In this document: in pieces, positions 28,753-38,909 of the stretch
Numbering within the stretch: position 1 is the first letter of the stretch
Layout of the letters: each line of letters starts with the position of its first letter
From: Candidatus Cloacimonadales bacterium
GTDB taxonomy: Bacteria > Cloacimonadota > Cloacimonadia > Cloacimonadales > JAFGVF01
DNA: 64,000 nucleotides
Assembly: GCA_963677495.2 (NCBI GenBank)
Contig: CAXXOU010000003.1
Coordinates: 160,001 to 224,000, forward strand
Direction: 5' to 3'
Made by a program: the position numbers and the translations under genes
The notes under the pieces: generated by a model
The model's input: the letters and a program-made list of their open reading frames with translations, nothing else
The model's database searches: none
Told to the model about the DNA's origin: nothing

Positions 28753-29778
28753 CTATGCTTTCGGAGGTAAACCTTTTAGCACTTCTCGTGGATTTATCGC
28801 CTTCCCTTTGATTCTATATTCGAAATGCAAATGTGGTGCAGTTGAGTTACCGGTAGCACCAACAGTCGCTATTTGAGCACCCTTTCTAACTTTGTTACCC
28901 AAAGACACTAAGTTCTTCTCATTGTGTGCATAAACAGTCATTACATTATTAGCATGTTCTAGCACAATCACGTTTCCATAACCACGCTGCATACCTTCAA
29001 AAATAACTGTTCCGTCTGTTACTGCTACAATTGGTGTTCCGTAAGGTGCTCCAAAATCTATACCCTTATGTGGTACATTATTTCTAATTCCAAATTCAGA
29101 TGTCACAACTCCTTCTGTCGGAAGTAATAAATCTGTTCTTGTAAAAGTCGGATTTTTCTTACTTACCTTCGGGATACCCATATCTTTAGGTATAGAACCT
29201 TCTCCGATATAGAGCTTCTGACCCACATATATATTATTGCTTGTAAGCTTATTACGTTTTTTTACATCTTTGACAGAAACACTATACTTCTTAGCTATCT
29301 TAGAGATTGTATCCCCTCTTTTAACTTTATAAACCTTTGCCGGCTTCTTTTTAGGCTCCTCATGAGAAACTAGCCAAATCTTTTGTCCTTCAGTTATATA
29401 TGAGTTCTCAAGCTCATTGAAATCTAAGATATCAGTAATTAAAACATCATACATCTTGGAAATTCTGAACAGTGTATCACCTTCCTGCACCGAATGATAA
29501 CCTTCCTTAGGAACTTCTGTCTTTGGATAAGTCTGCACTCTTGGCTTTAGCTTTGCATAAGGCTCAGGGATTTCAAGAATTTGACCGGTTGAGATCTCGT
29601 TGCCCTTGAGTCCGTTTTTGTCTCTAAGCTCTTTGACAGTCAGATTGTATTGTTTACTAATCCTATAAAGGGTTTCTCCCTTTTTAACAGTATGAGTTCG
29701 TGCACAAGCAGTTGTAAAACTATATATTAAAACGAGTGTTATTACTAATCCTTTAATGTTCAATCCGGAATCCTCCAT
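28753..29778 (-). CDS. NlpD-like LysM x3 / M23 peptidase
   Basis: Three H/Y.V..G(E/D)T...I...Y LysM repeats; HKGID, YAHN, PHLHFE M23 motifs. Confidence 0.9.
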   Translation of the reverse strand: MEDSGLNIKGLVITLVLIYSFTTACARTHTVKKGETLYRISKQYNLTVKELRDKNGLKGNEISTGQILEIPEPYAKLKPRVQTYPKTEVPKEGYHSVQEGDTLFRISKMYDVLITDILDFNELENSYITEGQKIWLVSHEEPKKKPAKVYKVKRGDTISKIAKKYSVSVKDVKKRNKLTSNNIYVGQKLYIGEGSIPKDMGIPKVSKKNPTFTRTDLLLPTEGVVTSEFGIRNNVPHKGIDFGAPYGTPIVAVTDGTVIFEGMQRGYGNVIVLEHANNVMTVYAHNEKNLVSLGNKVRKGAQIATVGATGNSTAPHLHFEYRIKGKAINPREVLKGLPPKA

Positions 29779-30046
29779 AAACCTTTTCGGTATGCAATTC
29801 TGTCTTCGTAATCAATTCAATAATACTATAACCGTTTCCAATTCTTAAGCTAAGTATAAAGCTATCCAGCTGACTAAAATCACCTTGTACCTTTATTCTT
29901 ACAGTTCCATCGTACAAGTTCCTAACTGTACCTTTGAAGCCATATTCTTGAGCCTGTCCGCGCACAAACCAGCGAAAACCAACTCCCTGCACGCGACCGG
30001 AAACTATCAGTTCGTATGTTTTTATTCTTGATTTATTACTACACAT
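29753..30046 (-). CDS. acyP: Acylphosphatase
   Basis: VSGRVQGVGFR and G.VRNL.DG.V signatures. Confidence 0.92.
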   Translation of the reverse strand: MCSNKSRIKTYELIVSGRVQGVGFRWFVRGQAQEYGFKGTVRNLYDGTVRIKVQGDFSQLDSFILSLRIGNGYSIIELITKTELHTEKVYGGFRIEH

Positions 30047-30190
30047 CGTATTTAGTAAATAACACTGCTTAAGCCTGTCAAGTTTCTTATAATTTTTATC
30101 TTTGTTAGCATATGGAGCGCACCAACTGCGTAGGTGCGTCTTGTCACGATGTCACGAAACTCTTAAAGGAGTTCTTTAGAGTGAAGCTTG

Positions 30191-30763
30191 CGAATGTACT
30201 GCGATTCTCCTGATTTGCTGTGCCGACAAAGTCGGCAACTTCCACTGACCGGACATAGAAACCATAAGTATGAACGAAGAGCTAAGTTTTTGATTATACA
30301 TGCCATTACTATTACCAGAGCACGATTGGCTTCCCGAATATAGCTCTAGCGAGCTATGTGCAAGTGGGGACACTTGCACTACGAATGTACTGCGATTCTC
30401 CTGAATTGCTGTGCCGACAAAGTCGGCAACTTCCACTGACCGAACATAGAAACCATAAGTATGAACGAAGAACTAAGTTTATGATTATACATGCCTTTAC
30501 TATTACCAGAGCACGATTGGCTTGCCGAATATAGCTCTAGCGAGCTATGAGCAAGTGGGGACACTTGCACTACGATGTACTGCGATTCCCCTGAATTGCT
30601 GTGCCGACAAAGTCGGCAACTTCCACTGACCGGACATAGAAACCATAAGTATGAACGAAGAGCTAAGTTTATGATTGTACATGCCATCACTATTACCAGA
30701 GCACGATTGGCTTCCCGATTATAGCTCTAGCTAGCTATGTGCAAGTAGGGACACTTGCACTAC
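30191..30763. repeat. Three tandem 191-bp units, each an inverted REP-like doublet with internal hairpins (BIME/REPIN-like)
   Basis: Units start at 30191, 30382, 30573; hairpins GCGATT..AATTGC, GCCGAC-AAA-GTCGGC, ATAGCTC..GAGCTAT, GTGCAAGT..ACTTGCAC-TAC. Confidence 0.92.
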
Positions 30764-30859
30764 AGATTGCTCCTACCGAGAGTGGTCGGTATAAAAAAAG
30801 AGGAGCACCATTGCTGATAACTCCCCTTTAGGAACCTGAAGTGTTGTTATTAGTAAGAT

Positions 30860-31519
30860 TTATTCATTCTCTTCTTCTAAGTCAGCACCATGTTTTACTT
30901 GGGTACCTGAAGAAGCGTAGATTGTGTCTTCTGCAATGTTTGTTGCTAAATCCGCTATTCGCTCAAAGGCACGAGAGATTCTAACAACATGGAACAACTC
31001 GCTTAAACTATATTCTGAATAGTCCAGTTTAAGGAGATCATTGATAATTTTACGGTTGAGATAATCAACGATATCGTCATCCTCACGAACCTTATTCGCA
31101 AGATCCGGATCCATCTGTGAGATAGCCGAAATTACATTATCAACTATCTTTTTAGTCTCACGACCAATCTTCTCAACATCCTGAATTTCATTGAAGATGG
31201 GTTGATTCATGATTTTATTAGTACTACTTGAAATCTTCTCAGCTAAATCACCGAGTCTTTCAAGGTTTACATTTGTTTTCATGATAGCTACAATTGTTCT
31301 GAGATTACTTGCTTCCGGTTGATTCAAAGCGATTGTATAGATACATTCCTCTTCAAGCTTATTCTCAAGCTCATTAACTTTCTCTTCGTAGGCTTTTATC
31401 TCTTTTGAGTTATCTTGTTTGTCATTTATAGTAACCAAGCAAAGTTCAATCATCTTAGAAACATAACTTGCTTGCTCCATGAGCATCTTCATTAACTTTT
31501 CAAGTCTTCCTTTAATCAT
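30860..31519 (-). CDS. phoU: Phosphate signalling protein PhoU
   Basis: IAL.QP.A..LR.I......LERLGDLA, DD.VD, ERIADLATNIAE; follows pstB; GGAGG RBS before ATG 31519. Confidence 0.95.
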   Translation of the reverse strand: MIKGRLEKLMKMLMEQASYVSKMIELCLVTINDKQDNSKEIKAYEEKVNELENKLEEECIYTIALNQPEASNLRTIVAIMKTNVNLERLGDLAEKISSSTNKIMNQPIFNEIQDVEKIGRETKKIVDNVISAISQMDPDLANKVREDDDIVDYLNRKIINDLLKLDYSEYSLSELFHVVRISRAFERIADLATNIAEDTIYASSGTQVKHGADLEEENE

Positions 31520-31529
31520 TTTCCCTCCC

Positions 31530-32288
31530 TTAACCGAATACACCGGTTAAGTATGCTTCTGTTTTTGGGTTTTCAGGAGAAGTAAACACTTTCTTTGTCT
31601 CTCCGAACTCTATCAAATCACCGAGATACATAAATGCAGTATAGTCAGAAATACGACCGGCTTGTGCAATATTATGAGTAACGATAAGAATTGTCACTTT
31701 ATCTTTAAGTGCAAGACAAAGCTCTTCAATCTTAGCAGTAGATTGTGGATCGAGAGCTGATGTAGGTTCATCAAGAAGAAGCACTTCCGGGTCATTTGCA
31801 AGAGCTCTTGCAATACAAAGACGCTGTTGCTGTCCACCAGAAAGGTTCATAGCTGAGTCATGAAGTCTATCCTTAACCTCATCCCAAATCCAAGCACCTT
31901 TTAGACTCTCTTCAACTTTAGCATCTATCTGCTGTTTGCTCATGCCACCACGAATATGAAGACCGTAAGCAATATTTTTATAGATTGATTTAGGGAAAGG
32001 ATTAGGTCTCTGGAAAACCATCCCAACTCTTTCTCTGATCTTTGTGACATCATGTTTAGGGTCATAGATGTTCATATCTTCAAGATGAATATCACCTTTA
32101 ATCTTACATGTTGCAACCATATCATGCATTCTATTGAAACTTCTAAGTAAAGTTGATTTACCGCAACCGGAAGGTCCGATTAAGGCTGTAATTTTATTCT
32201 TGTAAACAGGCATATTGATGCCTTTCAAAACATGTTTATCTCCAAACCAAAGGTTGAGATCTTTTGTCTTTACCTGTGCTTTTACCAT
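31530..32288 (-). CDS. pstB: Phosphate ABC transporter ATPase
   Basis: [48 protein letters not shown]. Confidence 0.97.
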   Translation of the reverse strand: MVKAQVKTKDLNLWFGDKHVLKGINMPVYKNKITALIGPSGCGKSTLLRSFNRMHDMVATCKIKGDIHLEDMNIYDPKHDVTKIRERVGMVFQRPNPFPKSIYKNIAYGLHIRGGMSKQQIDAKVEESLKGAWIWDEVKDRLHDSAMNLSGGQQQRLCIARALANDPEVLLLDEPTSALDPQSTAKIEELCLALKDKVTILIVTHNIAQAGRISDYTAFMYLGDLIEFGETKKVFTSPENPKTEAYLTGVFG

Positions 32289-33136
32289 CTTCTATTTTTC
32301 CTTATTCTATATCTTATAATGATTGCAGCAAAGCTGATTAATAAAACTAAGAGAAGCAGTACTACTGATGTACCATAAGCGATAGGTACCTGTTTGTCTG
32401 CATGTGAGCCTTCTGTCATGAGTGCGTAGATGTGATATGGAAGTGCCATAACTTCATCGAATATTGAGGTAGGGAGTCTACGAGTGTAGAATGTTGCAGC
32501 TGTAAACAGAATAGGTGCTGTTTCACCGGCAACACGACCGATACTGATAATTGTACCCGTAAGAATATTAGGTAACGCAGCCGGTAAAATAACTCGTGTA
32601 ATTGTTTGTCTTTGTGTAGCTCCAAGTGCAAGTGATGCTTCCCAAAAATCGGTAGGAAGCTGTCGGATAGCTTCTTCACTTGTATTAATAATAACAGGAA
32701 GTGCTAAGATGCCAAGAGTAAGAGCACCTGAGAGAATACATACATCTAATTGAAGCAAATTAACAAACAGTGTCATACCGAAAAGACCATAAATAATAGA
32801 TGGTACCCCTGCAAGAGTATTAACAGCAACTCTCACTACTCTAACCATTCTACTCTTAGCCGCATAACTTGTCATAAAGATAGCTGTAAGAATTCCGAAA
32901 GGCAATGCAAATGCAATTGAGAGGATTGTTAACCAGAAAGTACCTACGATAGCAGGATAAATTCCACCTTCTGTCATGAATCTTCTTGGTGACTGTGTCA
33001 AAAACTCCCAAGAGAGCATATGACCACCCTTAGAGAAAATCAAATATAGAAAAAGGACTAGGAATAAACCTGTAATCGCTACACTTAGAAACAAGCTGAA
33101 GTTACCGAAGAAAGAACCGATTTTACGTCTATTCAT
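32282..33136 (-). CDS. pstA: Phosphate ABC transporter permease
   Basis: [30 protein letters not shown]. Confidence 0.95.
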   Translation of the reverse strand: MNRRKIGSFFGNFSLFLSVAITGLFLVLFLYLIFSKGGHMLSWEFLTQSPRRFMTEGGIYPAIVGTFWLTILSIAFALPFGILTAIFMTSYAAKSRMVRVVRVAVNTLAGVPSIIYGLFGMTLFVNLLQLDVCILSGALTLGILALPVIINTSEEAIRQLPTDFWEASLALGATQRQTITRVILPAALPNILTGTIISIGRVAGETAPILFTAATFYTRRLPTSIFDEVMALPYHIYALMTEGSHADKQVPIAYGTSVVLLLLVLLISFAAIIIRYRIRKNRRW

Positions 33137-34008
33137 TAGCGGTCTCCTCTCTTCTTAAGGAATACAACTTCAGTTATAAGGTTTGTCGCAAAAGTGATTG
33201 CAAAAAGAACTATACCGATAGCGTAAAGTGAATAGTAGTGATCAGAACCGAGTACACATTCACCCATCTCTCCTGCGATTGTTGCTGTCATAGTTCTTAC
33301 AGGACTAAAGATGCTCTTTGGTATAGTAGGAGCTCCACCGGCAACCATGAGAACAACCATTGTTTCACCTATTGCACGTCCAAATCCAAGAATAACTGAA
33401 CCAATAATACCTGATTTTGCAGCAGGTACAGTTACTTTAGTTATAGTTTCCCATTTATTAGCACCAAGCGCAAAAGAAGCTTCTCGCAATGTTATAGAAA
33501 CATTGGTAATAGCATCTTCAGACATACTAGAGATGATAGGTACACACATGATTCCCAGAATAATTGAAGCTGAAAACACATTGAGTCCGGTATTTATATT
33601 AAAAAGATTAGTTAGAAATGGGGCGAGAAATGCCATACCGAAGAGACCATAAATCACAGAAGGGATACCTGCTAACAACTCAATAATCGGTTTCAGAATC
33701 TCTTTCAGTTTAGGTGGGGCAATTTCTGCTATGAAGATTGCACTACCAAGTCCAAGTGGAACTGCTATTAAAAGAGCTCCAATGGTAGTAGCAAATGAAC
33801 CGACAATAAGCGTCCAGATCCCAAAGTCAGCCGGTTCTGATGTTGGATGCCAGGCTAATCCACCCAGGAACTTAAAGAAGTTGTAGCTCTTGAAGAGAGG
33901 AACACCTTCTATAAAGATACTCAGGATTATGGCAAATAAGAAAACAATAGTAAAAAGGGCAGCCACATAGGTTACACCTTTAAAAAACTTTTCTCGAAAA
34001 TCATTCAT
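33136..34008 (-). CDS. pstC: Phosphate ABC transporter permease
   Basis: ELLAGIPSVIYG, GRAIGETMVV.MVAG; likely ATG 34008. Confidence 0.95.
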   Translation of the reverse strand: MNDFREKFFKGVTYVAALFTIVFLFAIILSIFIEGVPLFKSYNFFKFLGGLAWHPTSEPADFGIWTLIVGSFATTIGALLIAVPLGLGSAIFIAEIAPPKLKEILKPIIELLAGIPSVIYGLFGMAFLAPFLTNLFNINTGLNVFSASIILGIMCVPIISSMSEDAITNVSITLREASFALGANKWETITKVTVPAAKSGIIGSVILGFGRAIGETMVVLMVAGGAPTIPKSIFSPVRTMTATIAGEMGECVLGSDHYYSLYAIGIVLFAITFATNLITEVVFLKKRGDR

Positions 34009-34036
34009 TTCAGGTTCCTGTTTTTTTAAGAAAAAT

Positions 34037-34064
34037 AAGGGCATATCCACGGGTGAATATACCC
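34037..34064 (-). terminator. Stem-loop between pstS and pstC (partial terminator or mRNA stabiliser)
   Basis: Imperfect hairpin GGGCATATCCAC-GG-GTGAATATACCC. Confidence 0.5.
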
Positions 34065-34089
34065 CATATTTTATTGTTTACTTGTTAGA

Positions 34090-34917
34090 TTAAAGAGCTA
34101 CGAAACCTTGCTCTTCAACGATCTTCTGACCTTCAGCTGAAAGGATGAAATCGATGAATTTCTTTGTCCAACCTTTAGGCTTTCCGTTTGTGTACATGTA
34201 AAGCTGTCTAGCGATTGGATATGTACCTGATTTGATAGTTGCCTCACTTGGCATAACACCATCGATTTTAATAGCACTGATTCTGTCTGTTAAGTAACCG
34301 ATACCTGCATAACCAATAGCACCTGGTGTGTCTGCAACTGTTGTTGCAACAGCATTATTAGAAGCGAGCATTAAAGCACCACTAATCTGTTTCTGACCGC
34401 GAAGTACAAGCTTGTTGAAAACTTCGAATGTACCTGAAGCAACGTCTCTGCTGATGCAAACGATAGGTTTGTTAGGACCGCCAACTTCTGACCAGTTAGA
34501 GATTTTACCGGTATAGATAGCTTGAACTTGATCTGTTGTAAGAGCTTTCACAGGATTACTTTTGTGAAGAACGATTGCGATACCGTCATTAGCTACAGCA
34601 TGTTCTACCGGGTTAACACCATTTTCTCTAGCTTGAACGATCTCTTTATTTTTGATGTTTCTTGAAGCATCACCGATGTCAGCTGTACCGGAAATGATTG
34701 ATGCGATACCAACACTTGAACCGCCACCACGAACTGTTAAGTTAACTTCAGGGAACTGATCCATGAAAGCTTCTGCACCAGCCTGTGCAATTGGAAGTAC
34801 TGTTGTTGATCCGGCGATTCTTACTGAGTTACCTTTGTTTCTGCGAGCAAAAGCAGGTGATACTACGAGTGTAAGGATTACACATACCAAGAGAACTTTT
34901 ACTAAGTTTTTATTCAT
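34090..34917 (-). CDS. pstS: Phosphate ABC transporter substrate-binding protein
   Basis: GSTTVLP, GGGSSVGI, DIGDASR, SRD.ASGT.E.F, YPIAR.LY. Confidence 0.95.
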   Translation of the reverse strand: MNKNLVKVLLVCVILTLVVSPAFARRNKGNSVRIAGSTTVLPIAQAGAEAFMDQFPEVNLTVRGGGSSVGIASIISGTADIGDASRNIKNKEIVQARENGVNPVEHAVANDGIAIVLHKSNPVKALTTDQVQAIYTGKISNWSEVGGPNKPIVCISRDVASGTFEVFNKLVLRGQKQISGALMLASNNAVATTVADTPGAIGYAGIGYLTDRISAIKIDGVMPSEATIKSGTYPIARQLYMYTNGKPKGWTKKFIDFILSAEGQKIVEEQGFVAL

Positions 34918-34934
34918 TTTTCCTCCGAGGGGAT

Positions 34935-35975
34935 TTACTTAAGTTTATGTGAGAAGATGTAGCGAAGCTGAACCATCATTGTATTGATGTCATCTGAATC
35001 ATCTTCAAATGATTTGATATTGTAGTTTGCCTGAACCATAACTTGTGGTTTGTTTTTTGCATCGCGAAGAAGCATCCAGTTTAAACCGGCCATGATTGTG
35101 CTGTCACTGTCATCATCATTATCAGTGTCTGGATCATGAATGTCATAACGACCTACTAAGTCGATATCAAGAGGAAGGTAAGCACCAAGTTTTACAACCG
35201 GCATGATTGAGATAACAGTTTTGTTTACATCTTCTGCACCGTCAGCTTCGTAAGAAGTTGTCTGCATTAAGTACTGACCGTCAACTGATACAGGTCCGTA
35301 AGCTACTTTACCAACAACAGCGATTTTTGAATAATCTTCTCTGTCATCTTCATCTTCTTCGTTCTTGCTGTTCATCATGTATGAACCACCAACCATAAGA
35401 CCTGGGAATGGTGTTAAGCGGAGGTTACCAACGAATGCCATTGAAGTGTTTGTATCATCTGAAGTACCCTTTTTGTAGCCTTCACCATTATAAAGACCTA
35501 AGTTATAAGTACCATAACCTGCAGGAAGGTAACCACCGTATGTGATACCATAGTCTGCTGATGATGCAAATTTGTACTTATCTGAAGGATCTTTGTCGAT
35601 CATAGTATATTCATATGTATAAATTGTACCGAAGTAAGTCTTCAAAAGACCGGCAGAAAGTTTACTATCTTTAAGCATCCAAGGGTATTTGAAATCAAGA
35701 TAAGCATACTTGATTTTAAGACCTGCACCGTCAGCAAATTCATCTGTGCTTCCAGAGAAGAAGTCAACATTAAAGCGACCACTGATATTGCTGTTGAATT
35801 TTGGTTCTAAGCGGAAATAACCTCTTGAGAGACCGAAATAGTTCTTTGTAGTTTCCCCATCAATAGACTCATTAGTCCAACGATTCCATAATTCCATTTT
35901 AAACTTTGTCTCGATTGCAGACAAAGATGTCGCCAATACAGCGATCATTAATAAAAAGAAGATAGCTTTTTTCAT
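34935..35975 (-). CDS. Putative phosphate-selective outer-membrane porin
   Basis: Signal peptide; F.L.RGY, KIKYAYL, G.YNGEGY, RYD..DP beta-strand pattern; first gene of the pst operon. Confidence 0.65.
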   Translation of the reverse strand: MKKAIFFLLMIAVLATSLSAIETKFKMELWNRWTNESIDGETTKNYFGLSRGYFRLEPKFNSNISGRFNVDFFSGSTDEFADGAGLKIKYAYLDFKYPWMLKDSKLSAGLLKTYFGTIYTYEYTMIDKDPSDKYKFASSADYGITYGGYLPAGYGTYNLGLYNGEGYKKGTSDDTNTSMAFVGNLRLTPFPGLMVGGSYMMNSKNEEDEDDREDYSKIAVVGKVAYGPVSVDGQYLMQTTSYEADGAEDVNKTVISIMPVVKLGAYLPLDIDLVGRYDIHDPDTDNDDDSDSTIMAGLNWMLLRDAKNKPQVMVQANYNIKSFEDDSDDINTMMVQLRYIFSHKLK

Positions 35976-36037
35976 TTTAGCTCCTTTAGATTTTTAGGTT
36001 GATACCTTCTAACATTTGCTCTTAAATACGGGATAAA

Positions 36038-36076
36038 TGTTAATCAATTATTAAGCAATTGTGAATTCCCTGTTAA
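36038..36076 (-). promoter_or_regulatory. Pho box (PhoP/PhoB-type), four direct repeats
   Basis: Minus strand TTAACA-N5-TTCACA-N5-TTAATA-N5-TTAACA, exact 11-bp period, about 60-100 bp upstream of the porin start. Confidence 0.8.
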
Positions 36077-36309
36077 TTGGAGTGTTTTTCGAAAAAATGT
36101 ACCTTAATTATTAATCATTTTGCCCAAGATTTAGCAATCCGAGAACATATCCTTTTAGATACAGTATTATGTTCTATTATTAATCGTTACTTCATTCGAG
36201 GATCCTAAATGCAATGCTACATCTCTATATAGTGTGAGAATTATACCATTTATATCCCCCTCAAGACTCATGAGACTCAAATCAGAAATAAAAAATATTC
36301 TAATCTTTA

Positions 36310-36385
36310 CATTTCAGCATTGAACATTCAACATTCAGCATCCAGCATTCAGCATTCAGCATTTAGCATTTAGCATTTAGCATTT
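36310..36385 (+). repeat. Heptamer tandem repeat CATT(C/T)AG, about 10 degenerate copies
   Basis: ..cattcaa cattcag catccag cattcag cattcag catttag catttag catttag cattt. Confidence 0.85.
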
Positions 36386-36464
36386 CTTCAATTTTCTTTG
36401 CATCTCTGCTACAAGTCTTACTTTGTTATCATCAACCTAGATCCTTCTCTTTATCTAATCTTTA

Positions 36465-36549
36465 CAAAACGCTTGAATCTCGCTTGTCCCACCCTATAGC
36501 CTCCCTAGACCCTCCCTATGAGCCCCTAAAGTTATCCACATCGTGTGCA
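36465..36549 (+). repeat. Dispersed repeat family A, copy 2, left part (interrupted by IS21)
   Basis: Matches the first 85 bp of 17882-17996; continues at 38917. Confidence 0.92.
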
Positions 36550-36602
36550 TGTCAATGGCATTTTAAATTGGTACAGTTTGGCATTTAAAAATGGTACAGT
36601 CT

Positions 36603-37334
36603 TCATTTTTGAAAATTCCTTAGTCTAAAGCTGTCTCCGAGCATTGTAATTGGTTGTGAGTGATGGAGTAATCTATCAAGAATAGCAGTTGCTATCACAT
36701 TGTCGTTAAAAATAGCTCCCCATTCATTAAACAACCTATTCGATGTTATGATTACTGATCTAAATTCGTATAAGAGATGGATGAGTCTAAAGAACAGATT
36801 AGCTGCCTTTGTCTGGAGAGGAAGATACCCCATCTCATCTATAACTATCAGATCATTCTTGGCTATATTGCTTAGATATTTATCTATGTTGTTATCTGCT
36901 TCAGCTAGTACAAGTTCTTCGATAAGGTTGTTCAGATTATAAAACACCACCTTATATCCTGCCTTTATTGCTTCATAACTGAGTGCTGTTGCAACATGAG
37001 TCTTACCTACTCCCGGAGGTCCCATTAAAATTATATTCCTCCTCTGCTCCAGCCAGACAAAGTTCTTCCACTCCTTTACTTGTCTTTTGGTTATTACTTG
37101 TTGATAAGCATAGTCGAACTCATCAAAGGTCTTTATTACCGGGATGTGAGCCTGTTTAAGTCTTCTGTTGATATTGGTTTGATTCCTTCCTGAGTTCTCT
37201 TTTTCAAATAGATAATGTACGAACTCCAGATAAGTCATATTCTGTTTCTCTGCTTCTAAAACTGCACTTTCAAGAGTATTCAAAATATGAGTACAACGAG
37301 CCCTTTTGATGTATGTTTTAGTTATCTCTATCAT
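36603..37334 (-). CDS. istB: IS21 helper ATPase IstB
   Basis: GPPGVGKTH, LIVIDEMGYLP, YE.RS.IITSN..F.EWG.IF....ATAILDRLLHH, GDSFR. Confidence 0.97.
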   Translation of the reverse strand: MIEITKTYIKRARCTHILNTLESAVLEAEKQNMTYLEFVHYLFEKENSGRNQTNINRRLKQAHIPVIKTFDEFDYAYQQVITKRQVKEWKNFVWLEQRRNIILMGPPGVGKTHVATALSYEAIKAGYKVVFYNLNNLIEELVLAEADNNIDKYLSNIAKNDLIVIDEMGYLPLQTKAANLFFRLIHLLYEFRSVIITSNRLFNEWGAIFNDNVIATAILDRLLHHSQPITMLGDSFRLRNFQK

Positions 37335-37335
37335 C

Positions 37336-38811
37336 TTATAACACCTTCATGTAGTCATCTAATGAGCGCTCTATTAATGAACTCTCTGAGTCTTGTTGTG
37401 GTTCTGATTCTGATAATTCATTTAGCTTCATTTGTCTTACTTTTGCATTCAGAAGCTTCTCTATGGCTGTTGCCTTTACATGCGAAAGAGTCATTACCTC
37501 AGGAAGCACTGACTCCCATACATCTGTTTCATAGTTACGCTTAAACTTGCTTAAGGCTCTCAACTGATCCCTTGCTATTTTAGGGTTATCATTAACAAGC
37601 CTCTGGATTAGTTCTTCTCCTTGGATATATTCACTCATCTCATCCTTTACTCGCTCAATAAGCTCTTGTAGCACTACCGTAAAATCCCGATAATGATTAG
37701 TGTTTTTGATGATTTTGCCTTTTTCTGTGCATAGCTCATGTTGGCAGATTTCCTTTCTTGTATAAATATCCATCACCACTAAAGTGCTCTTTTCTTTTTG
37801 CACATATACCTGTTTTCGCTGATACTCTAATGGAACAGAGTACTTATTACCCTCATACGAGATTAAGCCTGTTTTATCTGCATTACGAACTTCTAAAGTG
37901 AAGATAAACTCTGGAATATCTTTTAGCTTTAACCTCTCTTCTTGCCATACTTCTGATGGTACTTTACGGGTTGTGCCATGGGTTCTGCCGTTAAAGTGTA
38001 AAAGCCACTCAAGTCCGCGTGAACGCAGGTCTGCCAGGTCTTTGAACTCTTTGCCATACATAAAGCCATGCTTTACTTCTGAGACATTACGCTCTACTTT
38101 ACCCTTGCTTTGTGGATCATAGCCTTCGCATACATGAGGATGAAAGCCCGTTTTTGCTGCAAACTGATGGAACTGATTATTTAAGATTACTTCCCGATAG
38201 CGTTCCTGTATTACTACAAGCTTTGTCTGGTCGTAAACACACTCTGAAGGGATACCTTCAAAATAGATAAAAGCTTCACGATGAGCTTCAATAAACCTTG
38301 ATGTGTTATATGGTGTTGTGCTCCAATGGACATAGCTTTGACGCGAGTGGGAAAGCACAAAAACTATAAAATAAACTCTTTGACGTTTATTACCCAAAAC
38401 TACTTTCATCTCACCTGGATCAACTTGAACCTGAACACCGGGAGCCGTCTCGATTACTGCATAATTACGGTATTTATCGACAGGATAAGTCTGCTTTAGC
38501 TTACGAACAAAATCTCGGAAAGCTCTGTCTTTTGCTTTTATCTCAGGGAACTTTTTCTTAACTTCTAAATATAGTACACTAGCTCTTAATCGTGGATATT
38601 TGCTAAGCCTTTCGCGGACATATTGCTCACATATGGCAAAACTGCTTTCACGAATGCTATTGTTTATTAGTTCCATGAACTCATCAAGTGTCATATTTAT
38701 GTATTTACCTACTGTTGTCTTTGATAGAGACAACTCCTCTGCGATCTTACGCTGACTATGCCCTTGCTTATGCATAGTTTTTATTGAATGATACACTTCT
38801 ACTCCAATCAT
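37336..38811 (-). CDS. istA: IS21 transposase IstA
   Basis: HTH SQRKIAEELSLSKTTV.KY; ETAPG.Q.QVD, F..VLSHSR, GIP.E.VYD, PQSKGKVE, YSVP; ATG 38811 with GGAG RBS. Confidence 0.97.
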   Translation of the reverse strand: MIGVEVYHSIKTMHKQGHSQRKIAEELSLSKTTVGKYINMTLDEFMELINNSIRESSFAICEQYVRERLSKYPRLRASVLYLEVKKKFPEIKAKDRAFRDFVRKLKQTYPVDKYRNYAVIETAPGVQVQVDPGEMKVVLGNKRQRVYFIVFVLSHSRQSYVHWSTTPYNTSRFIEAHREAFIYFEGIPSECVYDQTKLVVIQERYREVILNNQFHQFAAKTGFHPHVCEGYDPQSKGKVERNVSEVKHGFMYGKEFKDLADLRSRGLEWLLHFNGRTHGTTRKVPSEVWQEERLKLKDIPEFIFTLEVRNADKTGLISYEGNKYSVPLEYQRKQVYVQKEKSTLVVMDIYTRKEICQHELCTEKGKIIKNTNHYRDFTVVLQELIERVKDEMSEYIQGEELIQRLVNDNPKIARDQLRALSKFKRNYETDVWESVLPEVMTLSHVKATAIEKLLNAKVRQMKLNELSESEPQQDSESSLIERSLDDYMKVL

Positions 38812-38909
38812 ACCTACTCCAAACTGTCTTGAAGTAGTCATTTTTAAAGGTTGGCAGTTTTGTACCACTTTTCACTGCCATCGTGTACCATTTCTCACTG
38901 CCATTGACA

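Larger units (their letters stand above)
36550..38909 (-). mobile_element. Complete IS21-family insertion sequence (2360 bp) with 7-bp target duplication GTGTGCA
   Basis: Ends TGTCAATGGCA / TGCCATTGACA with repeated TGGCA..GGTACA subterminal sites; istA+istB; GTGTGCA at 36543-36549 and 38910-38916, single in the empty copy at 54.06 kb. Confidence 0.96.

Noticed and set aside
30176..30690. ORFs 30176..30436 and 30379..30690
   Set aside because: They are translations of the tandem repeat, with no RBS or recognisable protein features
30191..30763. Possible CRISPR array
   Set aside because: Whole 191-bp units repeat, so there are no unique spacers, and no cas genes are present
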